The position numbers and the translations under genes were made by a program. 33,966 nt of DNA, taken from positions 258,349 to 292,314 of the forward strand of contig WELA01002751.1 in assembly GCA_009602735.1 (NCBI GenBank), given 5' to 3'. The DNA comes from Mesotaenium endlicherianum. Its lineage: Eukaryota. The notes beneath the pieces were generated by a model. It was not told where the DNA came from, did no database searches, and saw nothing but the letters and a program-made list of their open reading frames with translations. Of this stretch, positions 1-12,500 are shown one piece after another (positions within the stretch are counted from its first letter, which is position 1; each line of letters starts with the position of its first letter).

Positions 1-42
<42 letters not shown>
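1..42 (+). repeat. (TC)21 microsatellite at the window start
   Basis: Directly visible perfect dinucleotide run. Confidence 0.98.
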
Positions 43-45
<3 letters not shown>

Positions 46-272
46 TATACACACCCTCTTGTGCGTGCGCTTGTGACGGTGCTGGCCAGCCTGATGCCCT
101 TGTGCTGCGTGCTTCACGGGCAACCAGGCCAGGTGGCCATATTGGGGATGCGCCAATTGTGTGCACTTTCAGCATAGACGGGCTGCCACTGCCTTTGCAC
201 CCTGGCTTCCTCGGCAGAGCATGTAGAATTATTGGCAGCGTCTGTGTGTGTGTGTGGATCGTTGTCGGGCAG

Positions 273-708
273 CGGGCCGTCTTGGCGCTCTAGGTGGCGG
301 CATCAGACAACGCCATGTGGATGCATATTGGACGTCGCTGGGATAGGATGCTGTATTACTGGCTGCTCCCTGGGTAGGCCATGTGGCATGCCCGGAGAGT
401 GCCGTGTGGAGCTTGGTGTTGTCGACTACCCGGCTGCCACCTGCTGTCTGATGGCCTGAGCGTGCCATGTTGTGTCGCCGGGGAGCTAGCTCTATCTTCG
501 TTTAGTGGGCGTCATTAGGCAGGAAGCTGCTACGTGTGCGTGCCTGTCTGCACGCGTGTCAGGCTCTTGCTCTGTCTCTGCTTTCCTCTCTCATGGGTAA
601 TCCTAAAACTCATAACTGGTACACAAACCCCGAAACCCGAATCCTGAAATCCTGATCCTAAAATTTCCTTTGCGTTTTGCAGGCCCACACCAGGCAGTAG
701 GCGGGTGA
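273..708 (+). CDS. Possible last two exons of an upstream plus-strand gene (21-nt exon 273-293 and terminal exon from 683); product unknown
   Basis: (TG)n then gggcag acceptor at 267-272, donor gt at 294, and a strong acceptor tttcctttgcgttttgcag ending at 682. One joined frame reads GRLGALGPHQAVGG*. No family recognised and the frame is not established. Confidence 0.3.
625..668 (+). repeat. Degenerate telomere-like (AAACCCT-like) array, ~7-nt period
   Basis: aaacccc gaaaccc gaatcct gaaatcct gatcct aaaatttcc. Confidence 0.5.
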
Positions 709-2627
709 GGCACATTCTGAGCTTTTTTGTGACAAACCATGGCGTGCATTGTCACAAAGTTGGGGGAGGACAGAAGCATGTTTCCTCGCTTGAGGGTATT
801 AGATGGATGGTATGGTGAATCACGTGTGAACGTAGTGAAGAAGCGGAGGGCATTTAGAGGCATCGTACGGAAGCCCAAGGGAAGACCGATGGAGTCAGTG
901 GATGCTCCTGTACTTGATGTTTCTAAAATGCAAGGGGAAGATAACCTTGACATGAGAATTGCCTCTCCGTGTGCCTTTGATGGCTGCCCACTTCCTCCTC
1001 AGACTAGCGAGGCGGGAAAAGTGGGAAGCTGCAAAAAGAGAAGGGGGCAAGCATTAGGGGTTAACTTGCCGATACAACTAAAGATTTCAGCCCCTGCCTT
1101 TCAGAGATTTATTTTCTATCACATTGAAGCAGCAGAAATTGTTAGAGAAAAACGTATACCGGCATATCACCCTACCCGCCCGACGTGTAAGACCAAGGAA
1201 AAGAGCGACCTTGCTGCAAGCAACCACATGGCTGAGGTGAGATACACATCGCTTGAATGTATGCGCCCTTCACATCGACATTCCGTTTCGGCACTGCGAG
1301 CGTTGTGACGTTCAGTTCAACCCACATCCGTATGAGATAGGCGCATTCCCCCCACTAGTCCAAAATGAGCAATGAACCTGCGCAGGGTACTTTTCATACA
1401 GACGGCAGGTTGGATAGATACTCACATGTGGCATTAATAACAATGCATTACTGACATGTAGTAATACTATTTAAGGAGCATTTTGCTAACAACACATTTG
1501 CAACGGTTGCCTTGTGTAAAGTACATGTTTGCATGCCACCAATGCAAGCCAGCCTGTAGATCTGGTGCTCATCTGTAGGTGTTGTATGTAACCAAGTGAG
1601 GAGTGTCCGTACGCCCGTAAATGTGTTGTACATCTTCATCTCTCAAAAATTCTACTTGAAGGACTCAGTTTGAGGACGACAGCTCGACAGGTTCCATGTA
1701 ATGCAAGAAGTGGTGTATAGTTGCCTTGCAAAATTTTGTCTGACAATTGAATTACAGTTAAGATATATGTAGCCTAGAGAGGGGATGGCAAGTGAAGAGC
1801 TACTTGACAACCCGTGGAGAGAGCAAACTCCAAAAAACTCCACAGGCGTTGAGAATCCGTACAGCGAGCAATTCTTAGCACTTGATTTGGGCAAAACGCG
1901 AAATACTTGGGTAAGAGTTAGTGAATGCTGGTCACCAGCTCAAATGACTACTGCTGATAGGAATGAAATCCCTATGTTAAGTTGTCGATGAGATGTTTCG
2001 GACTTCAGTGGACAATTGCTATTAATAGTCTCACGTTCGAAGAGATTGATGAGATCTATTGGGCAAATTTTTTTTGAAAAGATTTCAAAGGATGCTTCAT
2101 ACACACAATTTGTCGCATTCATCAATTTGGTTCAGTATTTGACTGAGAATCCTCTGCAATTATATTGCCAATTCCGGAAGGAAAAAACCTTATTCAGGAA
2201 TAACTCTCGGTTTTATTTACCTTAAGCAACTATTATACCACATATGATAGAATACTGTGACATATAAGAACATTTGATTCTTAGACCTGTAGTTGATATT
2301 TCCCTTTTTCATGGCCAGGGGATTCATGCTTAGATGATTCATGCTTTAGACAGCTCATACTGTCAAAGTTAGCTAGCAAAGTTTGTATGTACAATTCATT
2401 AAATTGTTTAAGCTTCTATTTGTGATCAAGCTTGCCTATTCTGAAGTAGCTCAATAAAGACTAACGTTTGCGAACAATATTAATTCTGGTGTAAATAATT
2501 TGTTGCCATTCTATGATATAGATCAATTTACACTCAAAAGAACAGAGGAACCAACTTTCCTCTATACCGTTCTTGATTCAGTAGCTCTTCGTGACTTCAA
2601 GCTTTTGTTGGCATTGTGCATTAACTT

Positions 2628-2705
2628 AAGTTTGACATGCGTGAAAATTCCGATATTTCATGTTGCAATCCAAAGTTTGACATGTGTAAAAATTGTCGAT
2701 TTTCA
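2628..2705 (+). repeat. Imperfect direct repeat, two ~33-nt copies 45 nt apart
   Basis: aagtttgacatgcgtgaaaattccgatatttca (2628-2660) versus aagtttgacatgtgtaaaaattgtcgattttca (2673-2705). Confidence 0.8.
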
Positions 2706-3563
2706 GCACTTTGTTGCTCTCGCTCGTCACACCTGAACCTTCTAAAGGCGTTTGTCTGCAATGCAACATCCATTGCAGCAGGAAGTAAGCTGCTACATTT
2801 ACCCATTCACCCACCCACCCCTATAACATCCACACTTGGGGTTTTGCAAGGGGTCGGGCACAAATATCAAAAAAGTTGTTTGTCCCAGCCACTAAAAAAA
2901 GCCATGAACAATAGGTTGTTTTCCTATTATTTGGTATTTTTTATGCCCGTTGGCGCAGATAATATTTGGCGAACAACTCCGACACAGCAAAAGCAGCATT
3001 ATGGCTTTTGCGGAAAGCCACACCCTCGCACTATTTGCACAACGATGGGAGCCGTTGGTAGTTGGTAATCAAGCGTGAACTCAAAGATTGAATAGAGTTG
3101 TCGTAACACAGTCAGGCAAATATAGACGTAAGCAAATAATAGCTGGGACTTAAAGAAAATTAGACAAGAACAGACCACGCGCAACACAACATATTACTAT
3201 TCCTCCAATTCTTTTTATCATCAAATTTCTTTCAAAATCAAGCAATTTGAATACAAAATGTCAAATACTATTGTTTCTTATGACAATTCCTACCTTCAAC
3301 ATTGAGTGGGAGAAGAGCAACTGATACGAAGAGTGTGCAGCTTGATCCACGTTTTAAAGTGCATCGAAAAACCTCAATCATCATACCAATAATCAACCTT
3401 TGATACTGATGCATGTGAGACCATTGAAAGCGCAAGCATACAGTATAGCATGTTCCGAATCCTCCAATTTAAATGGGTAAGCATTTACATTACTTGCATA
3501 ATGGAAGGCCTTGGCAGACGTCTTATTCTACAAGTCCTTGGCCGCTTGCACACCTGTGATGCG

Positions 3564-6500
3564 TTATTGGAGGCCAAAGCCAGTAGTATTCTGTATGGCG
3601 AGCTTAAGACGTTCCTCCAGCTTTGCCTTGGAGCTGTATTCTGGCATCATCAAGACGTTAAAGCATGTGTGTGCGGTTGGTAACCTGCAGCATCACAGAA
3701 GTAGGAGATCACAACAAAAAAAGTGTGACTAAGCAGAGGCCAAGAACATAGGCATGGATATATAAGGCAGTGCCATGAACAACAGACGCAAAAGTCCTCA
3801 AACTGAATATCAAGCACGTCCTCAGGGCTTTCTGTTTGGCCAGACGTGCTGCAGTTTGGAGCATCTGCTTATCACACCTCATAGCGACAACAAACTTGTG
3901 TTTTATAATCACGCAGTATAGGAATCACTTATGGGTCGACTTCACAACTTACAAGTAAGGACATGCCAAGAGGAGAGGGTCTCCATCAGCATCAATGCGT
4001 GCAACCAATGCTCTTGACACGCGATAATGCCCCAGCAGCAACCCTGACACTGCCTAGCTAGTGCATACATTGGCATGCCCTCCGCGACACCATAGCAGGC
4101 CGCTTTCTCTGTTGCCTTTTTGCGCTTTCCCGCCTCTAGGCCGTATCCGAAGACAAGAAGAAAAGTCCACATCCACCCTTCCACAACCTCTTCTTGGTTC
4201 CTCCGCGGCAGGACCTTGATCCCCCCAAAAACGGACGCAGAAATGCGACGAGACTAACGAGTAAAGGGGCCCTTCTCTCAATGGGGAATGGATGCAGGGA
4301 CACCGGCAACAGTGTTCCAGAGGCTCACCTGTCACTGTCAGGCCCGTTCCTCATGACGACAAAATTGAGTGTCCCCAAGCCGCCGATTGGCGCCCTGTCG
4401 CTGCCCGTCGTGAAGAAGAGCAACTTTTTCTTCTCCTCGAACGACATCGCACGGACCTGCCAGGTGGCGGCTCCCCAAATTCTCAATCAGAATTGACGCG
4501 AGCTCAGCAGCCGAGAGCAAACCGGCATCCACATGAAGCAGATCTGAACTGTGACGGGGGGGAAGAACGAGGGCACGGGAGCAGCCCCACAGTGACGTGA
4601 CCACAAGTACAACGCTGAGATCCATCAGGTCAACAATGCCACTACTGCTGCTGCTGCTGCTGGTGGTGGGTGGACAGCCACACATTAGCCATTAACATTG
4701 GGAAAAAATTGCTGAATGATATGCCTGCCAGGCATGACCTGAACTGCGAAGAGTGCAAGAAGGCAAGCGCATGCACGCGGAGCGCTACCCAGGCAGTCCA
4801 CAGGGGGGAAGCGAAGCCATCTCAGCACGGTTGCATGCGAGAGGAAGGCGCAGGCTGGCTCACCACTTGCCACAGCCACAGCACAGGTGGCGAGCTCTGG
4901 GTGAAGCCGCCCTCGTACTTGCACACTCTCTCCAGCACCTGCCACATCATGCATGAGGGCTTGTGCACATCAGCATCCTCGATTTGACAGAAGTTTGAAC
5001 AGCACCACCAGGCCCTCCCTTCGTTGACAATTGGACCCCCCTGGTTGACCCTTGCCCTATGCATGGCCAAGAGGACCCTTCTTGCTGCCTGCCTCTTATT
5101 AGGGGGGAGGATTAGGAAGCAGCTCTTTGATGTATCTATATGTAGGTGTGAACATGTCTGTTTGTATATGTGCATATGTGATTTTTTTATATGCGATTAC
5201 ATGATATATGTATGACTAAATACGTGTAGATATTCTATACACATGTGTACCTCTGATTCTCTCTTTCTCTCCGCTCTCTCTTTCTCTCTCTTTTCCCTCT
5301 CCTCTCTCCGGCTTGCTCACATCGAAGTCGAAGTGGGGCAGCCCGCAGATGAGCAGCTCCAGCTCCTCGTGGCGGAACAAGCTCAGCGCAGGCCCCCCGC
5401 ACACCTGCTCACCCTTCCCCCCGCCGCGCCCGGCCCCGCCCCGCCCAGCGCGCCACCACCTTCTGTCAACAGATGGGCCAGCTGCCGCGCCAGACGGGCG
5501 CTCTCCAGGATGGCAGCCCCCGGCTGTTGACACCAGGGGGCGTCTAACAGCAGTACGTGAATCAAAGAACCACATTTCATCAATCTAGAGCCACTGGCCC
5601 TAGCAGCAGCACATAAATTGTCATCTCTGCCTCCCTCCATTTCCTAAGTAGGCTGCCCCTCCGAGGCGCGCTTGCCAGCAGACAGCAGATTGCGGTCAGA
5701 GTCGCATACGACATGGCCACGGCGTTTGTCGGAGGCATGAGCAGCGCTTCCTGTTTGCACACCGCGTGGCATGTTCAAACCGCATGCAGGCGCATAAACA
5801 GAAGAAGCTGTCGAAGGCTCACACGAAGGCCACCCAAACATGCACGGCAGAGCTGGCCAGAGCAAGCACGCGAGGGAGGGCAGCAGGGGGGGGGGGGGGA
5901 GGACCTGCAGGAAGCCGCGGGAGAAAGCGGCAAACTGCTCGCGGATGGACTCCCGCAGCACGTAGTCCACATACAGCTCCACGTACCTGCACCAGCACGC
6001 CCCCCCCCTCGAGTTCATTCACCTCATCTCCACTGTTGCCATTGCCTCTGTGCCCCCCGCCCCACCGTTCTCTAGAGCCTGGAGGTGTCCCCCTGACAGC
6101 CGGGGAGCAAGCGTGCTGCACTGCTGTCACCGGCCCCAGTCTCAGTCTCAGGAGAAAAGCACCCAACGTTACCAGGGCAGCGCGTGCGATAGCAGCAAAC
6201 AGAACTGATTGTGCTTTTGGTTTGCACGCTTCGCTTCTCGTACGCTTTGAGGACAGGAGGTGCTCTGCGCGGCCATGCTGCGACGAATGTCCAGCTGGCG
6301 ATCAGCACTAGGGCCAAAGTGTACGCATGGCAAGCTGCACATGTTTATGTGGAAAAGGGAGGGGCGGGAAGGGAGACAGGGGTACCGCTGGCGATTATCG
6401 TTTGTGACTGTCAAATGTGCGCCACCTGGCAGCAGCTCGTGGCTTCTCATCTCCCCAAAGTACTCATATTCCACCTGCCAAACCCCCAACCCCCCCGCTT

Positions 6501-9500
6501 CTCCTTTGGTGAATTCCTTGAAAGATCACAAAAGTGTCTACTCTCACATTGCCAATTCTTCGTTTTCCCCAACTCACAAATGCCACAGCTCCAAGTACTT
6601 GCACTTTCTGATATTGAGCTCCTTCCTCCGGCCCCACCCCCTACCCCCCCCCTTCCCCTGCACATGCGGACAGCTCCTGCCAGACGCCTCCGGCACACAA
6701 CACCTGGCAAGTCCACTTTAGCTGCCGCCCACGCACTGCTCAGAGCAATTCCTGTTAGGTAATAAGATACGCTCGCTTTCTCTCTGCTCCCCCCCCTCTC
6801 TCCCCCTCCCTCCTCTCCCTTTGTTGACACCCACCTGGAAGGTAAGGGCAAAGGTGGCGGCCACGTCGGCCTCGGTGTCCAGCAGCTGCTGCAGGCCCTT
6901 GCCCAGCTGGGGCTGCACCTCCTTGAGGTCCTCCAGAATCAGCGTCTGCCCCATCACCTTCTTGTACGCCGCCTGCACGCCCCCNNNNNNNNNNNNNNNN
7001 NNNNNNNNNNNNNNNNNNNNNNNNNNNNNNNNNNNNNNNNNNNNNNNNGGGGGGGGAGGGGGGGGGTCGATGTGCTGTCCTATCCTTGCGGGACATGTAC
7101 CGTGCTGCCTCCTGCTCCTCGTGCGCTTCTTGGGAAGAGAGAGAAAAAAACGGGGGCCTCCAGTTGGAGGTGGGGTTTGTCGTGCTTGCTTGGGGCCCGC
7201 CCATCGGGAGCAGAGAGGGATAAACAGGCGGGGCTGTGTTTGCGCGCCCACATCTCTGAGAGCAACTGATGCTAGCCCTGCTGACCTCTGACGCCCGCCC
7301 GCACATACAATGTCGGGTAACCTTTTTGGGCCAACTCCTCGTCCCCTTCTCAGACTGGCAGCAGTGCGCGACGAGCGACCCCGAGCCAGAGCAAAGAATA
7401 CTTTTGTCAGCCAACACTTGCGCCAACTCACCGCAGATCCGCAAGCCGAGGAGATCATCCGGACAAGCGTGCTGGGCCCAGTGCTGCAGACAGTGGCAGG
7501 AGCTTCACTTACACTCAAGGGGGAAAAGTGGCGGAGAGTGGGGGGCGGGGGGCCGGGGGNTCGAGGATGATGCCGTTGTATATTGCGAGGCCAAGTGCCG
7601 CGCCGACCTGCATGGAGCGCGCCAGCACATTGAGTTCACCGGCAGACGGAGAGGAAGGGGCAAAGCCAGCAACTCAAAGCGAGACTTTTCCCCCCTCGCC
7701 CCGCCTCCCCTCCTCTCTCCCCCACCCCTACTCCCCCTAGACACAAAAAAAAGTTGTACAGGCTGAGCTTCTGCGTTCACAAATGAAAGCCTGCACTGCA
7801 GCAAATAGCGACTTGAGTGGACTTGCAGCCACCCGCCGCCTGCTATTCTGTGCCATCTGGCAGCTAGCAGGGCCATGGGTGGGTTCGGAAGAGCGTGAGA
7901 GCGTGAGAGCGAGAGAGAGGACAGGGGGCAGCACCAGGTGGAACTCGAGCTCCGACTCCATGGAGTTGCGGTTGAACCAGAACACGCGACTCTCCTCGTC
8001 GTATGTGAACATGCCTGCCCCACCCCCCCCCACACACACACGCACACGCACACACACACACGCATGCACGCACGAATACACACACATACACACACACACA
8101 CACACACACATGGACATGCATGCGAAGAACTGTCACGCCGTAAGTCCCCCATGACCACGTTGCGAAAAGACGTGAAGTGCCCCCTGGGGTAACCAAGATG
8201 GTGACGCTGATGTCTCCCGACCTATTGCTCACGAAGCACTCATGCCGTCGCAAAGTCACTCTAAAGGCACGCAGATACCACATGGCCGAAGAGAATATGG
8301 GCTTTCAGAAACTGGATTGCTCCAGCAAGACATCACGCCGTTTCACACGCGCGGGTGCAGATGTCAACTCCAACACAAGGGCTTCCAAGATGCCATACAT
8401 TGAAAACGCGCATGAAAGACACGAGGGGGGAAGGGGACATCCATAGCCCGGGGGCAGCGGGTGAGGGAGAGCTGGGAGCACCATAGGAGACGTCGAAGAG
8501 GTCGCGCATGAGCAGCTGGAAGAACTCCTTGGCCACGCCGCCCTCGTCCACCGCCTCCTCGCCCTCAAACACCACCTGCCTCTCCCACCGCACACACGCA
8601 CACACACGCGCGCGCGCGCGCGCACACACACACACACACGTACACACACACACACACACGCACACACACGTGCACCTCAGACTTGCCCTGAGGACATTGA
8701 CCCTCACATCCGCACGCACTCATCCTTATGCTTAGCCCCAAAAGTGCTGAAACTCGGCGCGAGTGTCTAGGAACGCACCCTGAGGGGCTTCTTGCCCCAC
8801 ACACACACACACAGACATGCAGGCACACATGCGCGTGTGCGCGCTTGCAGGCGCAGGTGAGGACGCACCTTGAGGGGCTTCTTGAGGTCGAAGGGGCGCG
8901 AGGCCAGCTGCTGCAACGCGTCCTGCACCAGCGCACTCCTCTTCACCTGCCCCATGCGTCCGAGCGTGCATTCACACGCCAGGGGCCAGCAGCCAGCAGC
9001 CCACAGCCAGCAGCGTCAGCCGCAGCCGCTAGAGCAGCACAACATTGCACGTGCACACAACACACACACACACACACACAGATCATACACACTCACGCAC
9101 ACAAGCACACACATGCACACGCACACGCACACGCACACGTGGCGCTCTCCGCCGCTTTGGCATGACCAAAAAAGGTGATCCCCCACGTAAAAGCCGGCCA
9201 GAGGTCAATTGAGGTCTGCACACAAACTACAGCAGCAGCTGACACGAAACGCTCCTGCTGCTTCAGACAGGACGGTATGAGCTGCGCCTGATGGGAAAGA
9301 AGCATTGACCGCATGCATGGGGCGCAGGGAGGTCGAATGTGCACTCAAGCGTTCACGTACACACCCCAGCCCAGTTGGCGCCAGAGTTGCTGCTGAGCCC
9401 AATACCGCAAAAATACTGCTGATACCACCCGCGGACAAGGAATACATATGTTTATACAACTGGAACAAGGGGGTTGGGAAGGGAGAGGAATTGGGGGAAA

Positions 9501-12500
9501 GGGGGGGGAAGGGCCAATGCAGCTCTGAAAGTAGCAGGTGCCAGAACATCCCGTAGCGGTCCATCTGCTCGGGTAGTCTCTCGGCAGACAATGAGAGATG
9601 AGAGGGGAGAGGGCTGCCAGAGGCAGGCAGAGGGCCGCAGGGGCCAGAAAAAGAGCCGCTGGCGTTGAAGTCAGAAGCACCAGCAGCAGCACAAGACGAC
9701 AAGACAAGCAGAGTCACCCAGACCGAGCGGGAGGAGAGGTTCACTAGGAGAGAAATGGGCAGGTGGGCCCTGGGGGACAGGTGTCAGACGCGCAGGGAAG
9801 GAGGCAGACGTACCACGAGGAGCAGCACGGGGCTTGTGTGCGGGTTGCCAAGCGCGTGCTGCACCAGGGTGGCGTGCACCTGCTGGCTCTTCTCCAGCGC
9901 CGCCTCCCCCTGCCACGCCACCCACCAGGGGGCCATTTGACACCAGCACCCGCAAGTTACGAGTAGCGTCAGGAGGGAGGTGCACCGGACACTCTTCCCC
10001 CGCCCCCCCCTAGAGGGCCTTGACATGGTTTGAGAGAAAAACTCCTCCCCCNNNNNNNNNNNNNNNNNNNNNNNNNNNNNNNNNNNNNNNNNNNNNNNNN
10101 NNNNNNNNNNNNNNNNNNNNNNNNNNNNNNNNNNNNNNNNNNNNNNNNNNNNNNNNNNNNNNNNNNNNNNNNNNNNNNNNNNNNNNNNNNNNNNNNNNNN
10201 NNNNNNNNNNNNNNNNNNNNNNNNNNNNNNNNNNNNNNNNNNNNNNNNNNNNNNNNNNNNNNNNNNNNNNNNNNNNNNNNNNNNNNNNNNNNNNNNNNNN
10301 NNNNNNNNNNNNNNNNNNNNNNNNNNNNNNNNNNNNNNNNNNNNNNNNNNNNNNNNNNNNNNNNNNNNNNNNNNNNNNNNNNNNNNNNNNNNNNNNNNNN
10401 NNNNNNNNNNNNNNNNNNNNNNNNNNNNNNNNNNNNNNNNNNNNNNNNNNNNNNNNNNNNNNNNNNNNNNNNNNNNNNNNNNNNNNNNNNNNNNNNNNNN
10501 NNNNNNNNNNNNNNNNNNNNNNNNNNNNNNNNNNNNNNNNNNNNNNNNNNNNNNNNNNNNNNNNNNNNNNNCCCCCCCCCCCCCCCTCTTCATAAGAGAT
10601 GATTATGTGCACGCTCCTGTGAAATTGTCCCTACTCCAATCTCTCTTCCTCACTCCCCCTCTGTCCCTGTTGCGCATGACCCCCAGCATGAAAGGCCGCT
10701 AGGAATTTCAATCGGTGAGATGAAGCCACAGTAGGTCCCACAAGCTCCTCCCCTAGAGGAGAGCCGCTGAAAGCGTTAGAGGCACTAGCACTGGCGCTGG
10801 TGCCGGTGTAGCATGGCTCAGTGCAAGAGTCCGTGAAGCTCAGCAGCAGAGGGGAGAGAGATGGCAGAGATCCGACGCTAGCTAGCATCTGGGGTGAGAG
10901 AGACTGGAAGGGGGGGGCTTTCTTACTTGCAGGATGTGGCTCTTGGCGATGGGGTTGAGCACGTATGGCACCTGCATGCATGCACGCATGCGCACGTGTG
11001 CATGGGGCCCGCCTCGTTAGCATGCGCTCGCCAGCGTTCAAGCAGCAGAGGGTGCATGCGGGCGTGTGGGACGGGCAGGCAGCAGACCAAACAAGACCCG
11101 TACTGCCTTGTATCTCAACTTAGTCATAGAGAGGGGAACAAAGACGTTTGCGGCTTCCCGACAACAACAGTCCTTCTGTTGTGCGGTGATGCATTGCGCC
11201 TTGACTGGTACTTTCGGTCCTCGGAGAGTGATGAGTCACACCTTGTGTCATAAAATGAGTAGCCCAAAAATCCAGCCGCATCTTTTGCATGCTTATCGAG
11301 CATAGCACACATCATCAATGTCTGCACATGTCATGAAGTTATATTGACGATTTCTATACTCTACAGCCAAGCCGTTGTGGAAGCTGGCAGCTGCGGCTGG
11401 GAGAATGAGAGGCTCGACACCTGGCAGAAGGAGACAAAAGGTTGCTCCGCTTTATGCTCCGCAATGACGCTTCTCCACTTGATGTACTCGTCCTGCCGAG
11501 GCCCATATACTATCAACACCATGGTCAGGCCACGCATGTACTCACGCGCACACAAAGACACACACATACACACACATGCACACATGCACACGCGCGCGTG
11601 CACGCGCATGCTCATACGCGTGCACACATGCGCATGAGCGCGCACGCAGTGCAAAAGCTACGTACTGTAAGCTCCCCCCAAAATGGAAGTTTGGTGCTCC
11701 TGGGCGTCTGCTTTCATCCTGTTCCTGCTTGCACACACACCATACCCACACAGAGCATCCGAACTCGACTCCGCGGGCATCCCAGCCACACCTGACATAC
11801 ACGCACACCAGCCCTCATGCATACCGCCACCCACCCACCCACACACACACACAGAGAGGGAGGGTGGGAGAGAGAACCTTGAGGCTGGCATGCTGGCTGA
11901 TGGCTGTGCTGTACAGGTCGCCATAGGGCACCAGGGAGGCCCTCTGATTGGCCGCATGCAGCACCCCCAGCACCTGCGCACCCTCACGCACGAAGTGGGT
12001 GGTCAAATCCGCGGACGGACAAGCGGATCAGCAAACTATCGACATCGTGTCGACAAACCGGTGAGATCATCTTCCAAAACTCTCTCCGCAACTCTCTCCC
12101 TCCCTCCCTCTCTCCCTCCCTCCCTCCTTCCCTCCCTCTGCGCAGGCCATGCTCAGCTTAGCTGGCATATGGCCAGCCGGGTGAGCGGAAAAGCACGTGC
12201 ACCCGTACAAGAACGTGTTAAGAAGCATGTTTTTTGCTGCCCTCCTCGACAAGTACATGCCGCCCGGTGCCTGTATCTGAGCGCAACTCGGGTACAGGTT
12301 CTATTTTCTAACTTCCAGCCCAAGATCGTTACCTTAACAGCAGCGGCAATGTCGGGAGGGATAGCCCGGCCCCCCAGGGCCTGCTGCCTGCAGGCTCCAC
12401 CCACAACGTGCCACTTGTCAGTTAGTCAATTAATCACCTTGTGCTCGGGCTTCAAGGGGCAACAGCAGGATTGCCTGGCCTGTCAGAGGACAGCCGGCCA

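Larger units (their letters stand above)
3564..8946 (-). other. HECT domain of the HERC-like protein (11 exons)
   Basis: Runs from [35 protein letters not shown] to [40 protein letters not shown]. The catalytic Cys and the -4 Phe are present. Confidence 0.95.

Noticed and set aside
739..1308. 189-aa plus-strand ORF as a stand-alone gene
   Set aside because: No recognisable domain and it lacks the high-GC3 signature. It is probably 3' UTR or intergenic, although a BLASTP search would be needed to exclude it fully.
1300..2600. Transposon or viral coding remnant in the AT-rich intergenic DNA
   Set aside because: Only short ORFs; no RT, integrase, transposase or capsid motifs could be recognised.
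7513..7607. Apparent frameshift or pseudogenisation in the HECT exon [11 protein letters not shown]...
   Set aside because: The disruption coincides with an N at 7560 and G homopolymers. An assembly artefact is the simpler explanation, as the other exons are intact.
9784..10612. ORFs spanning the N gap; possible missing exon
   Set aside because: Their length comes from Ns, and the flanking exons join in frame with a sensible pre-HECT sequence.
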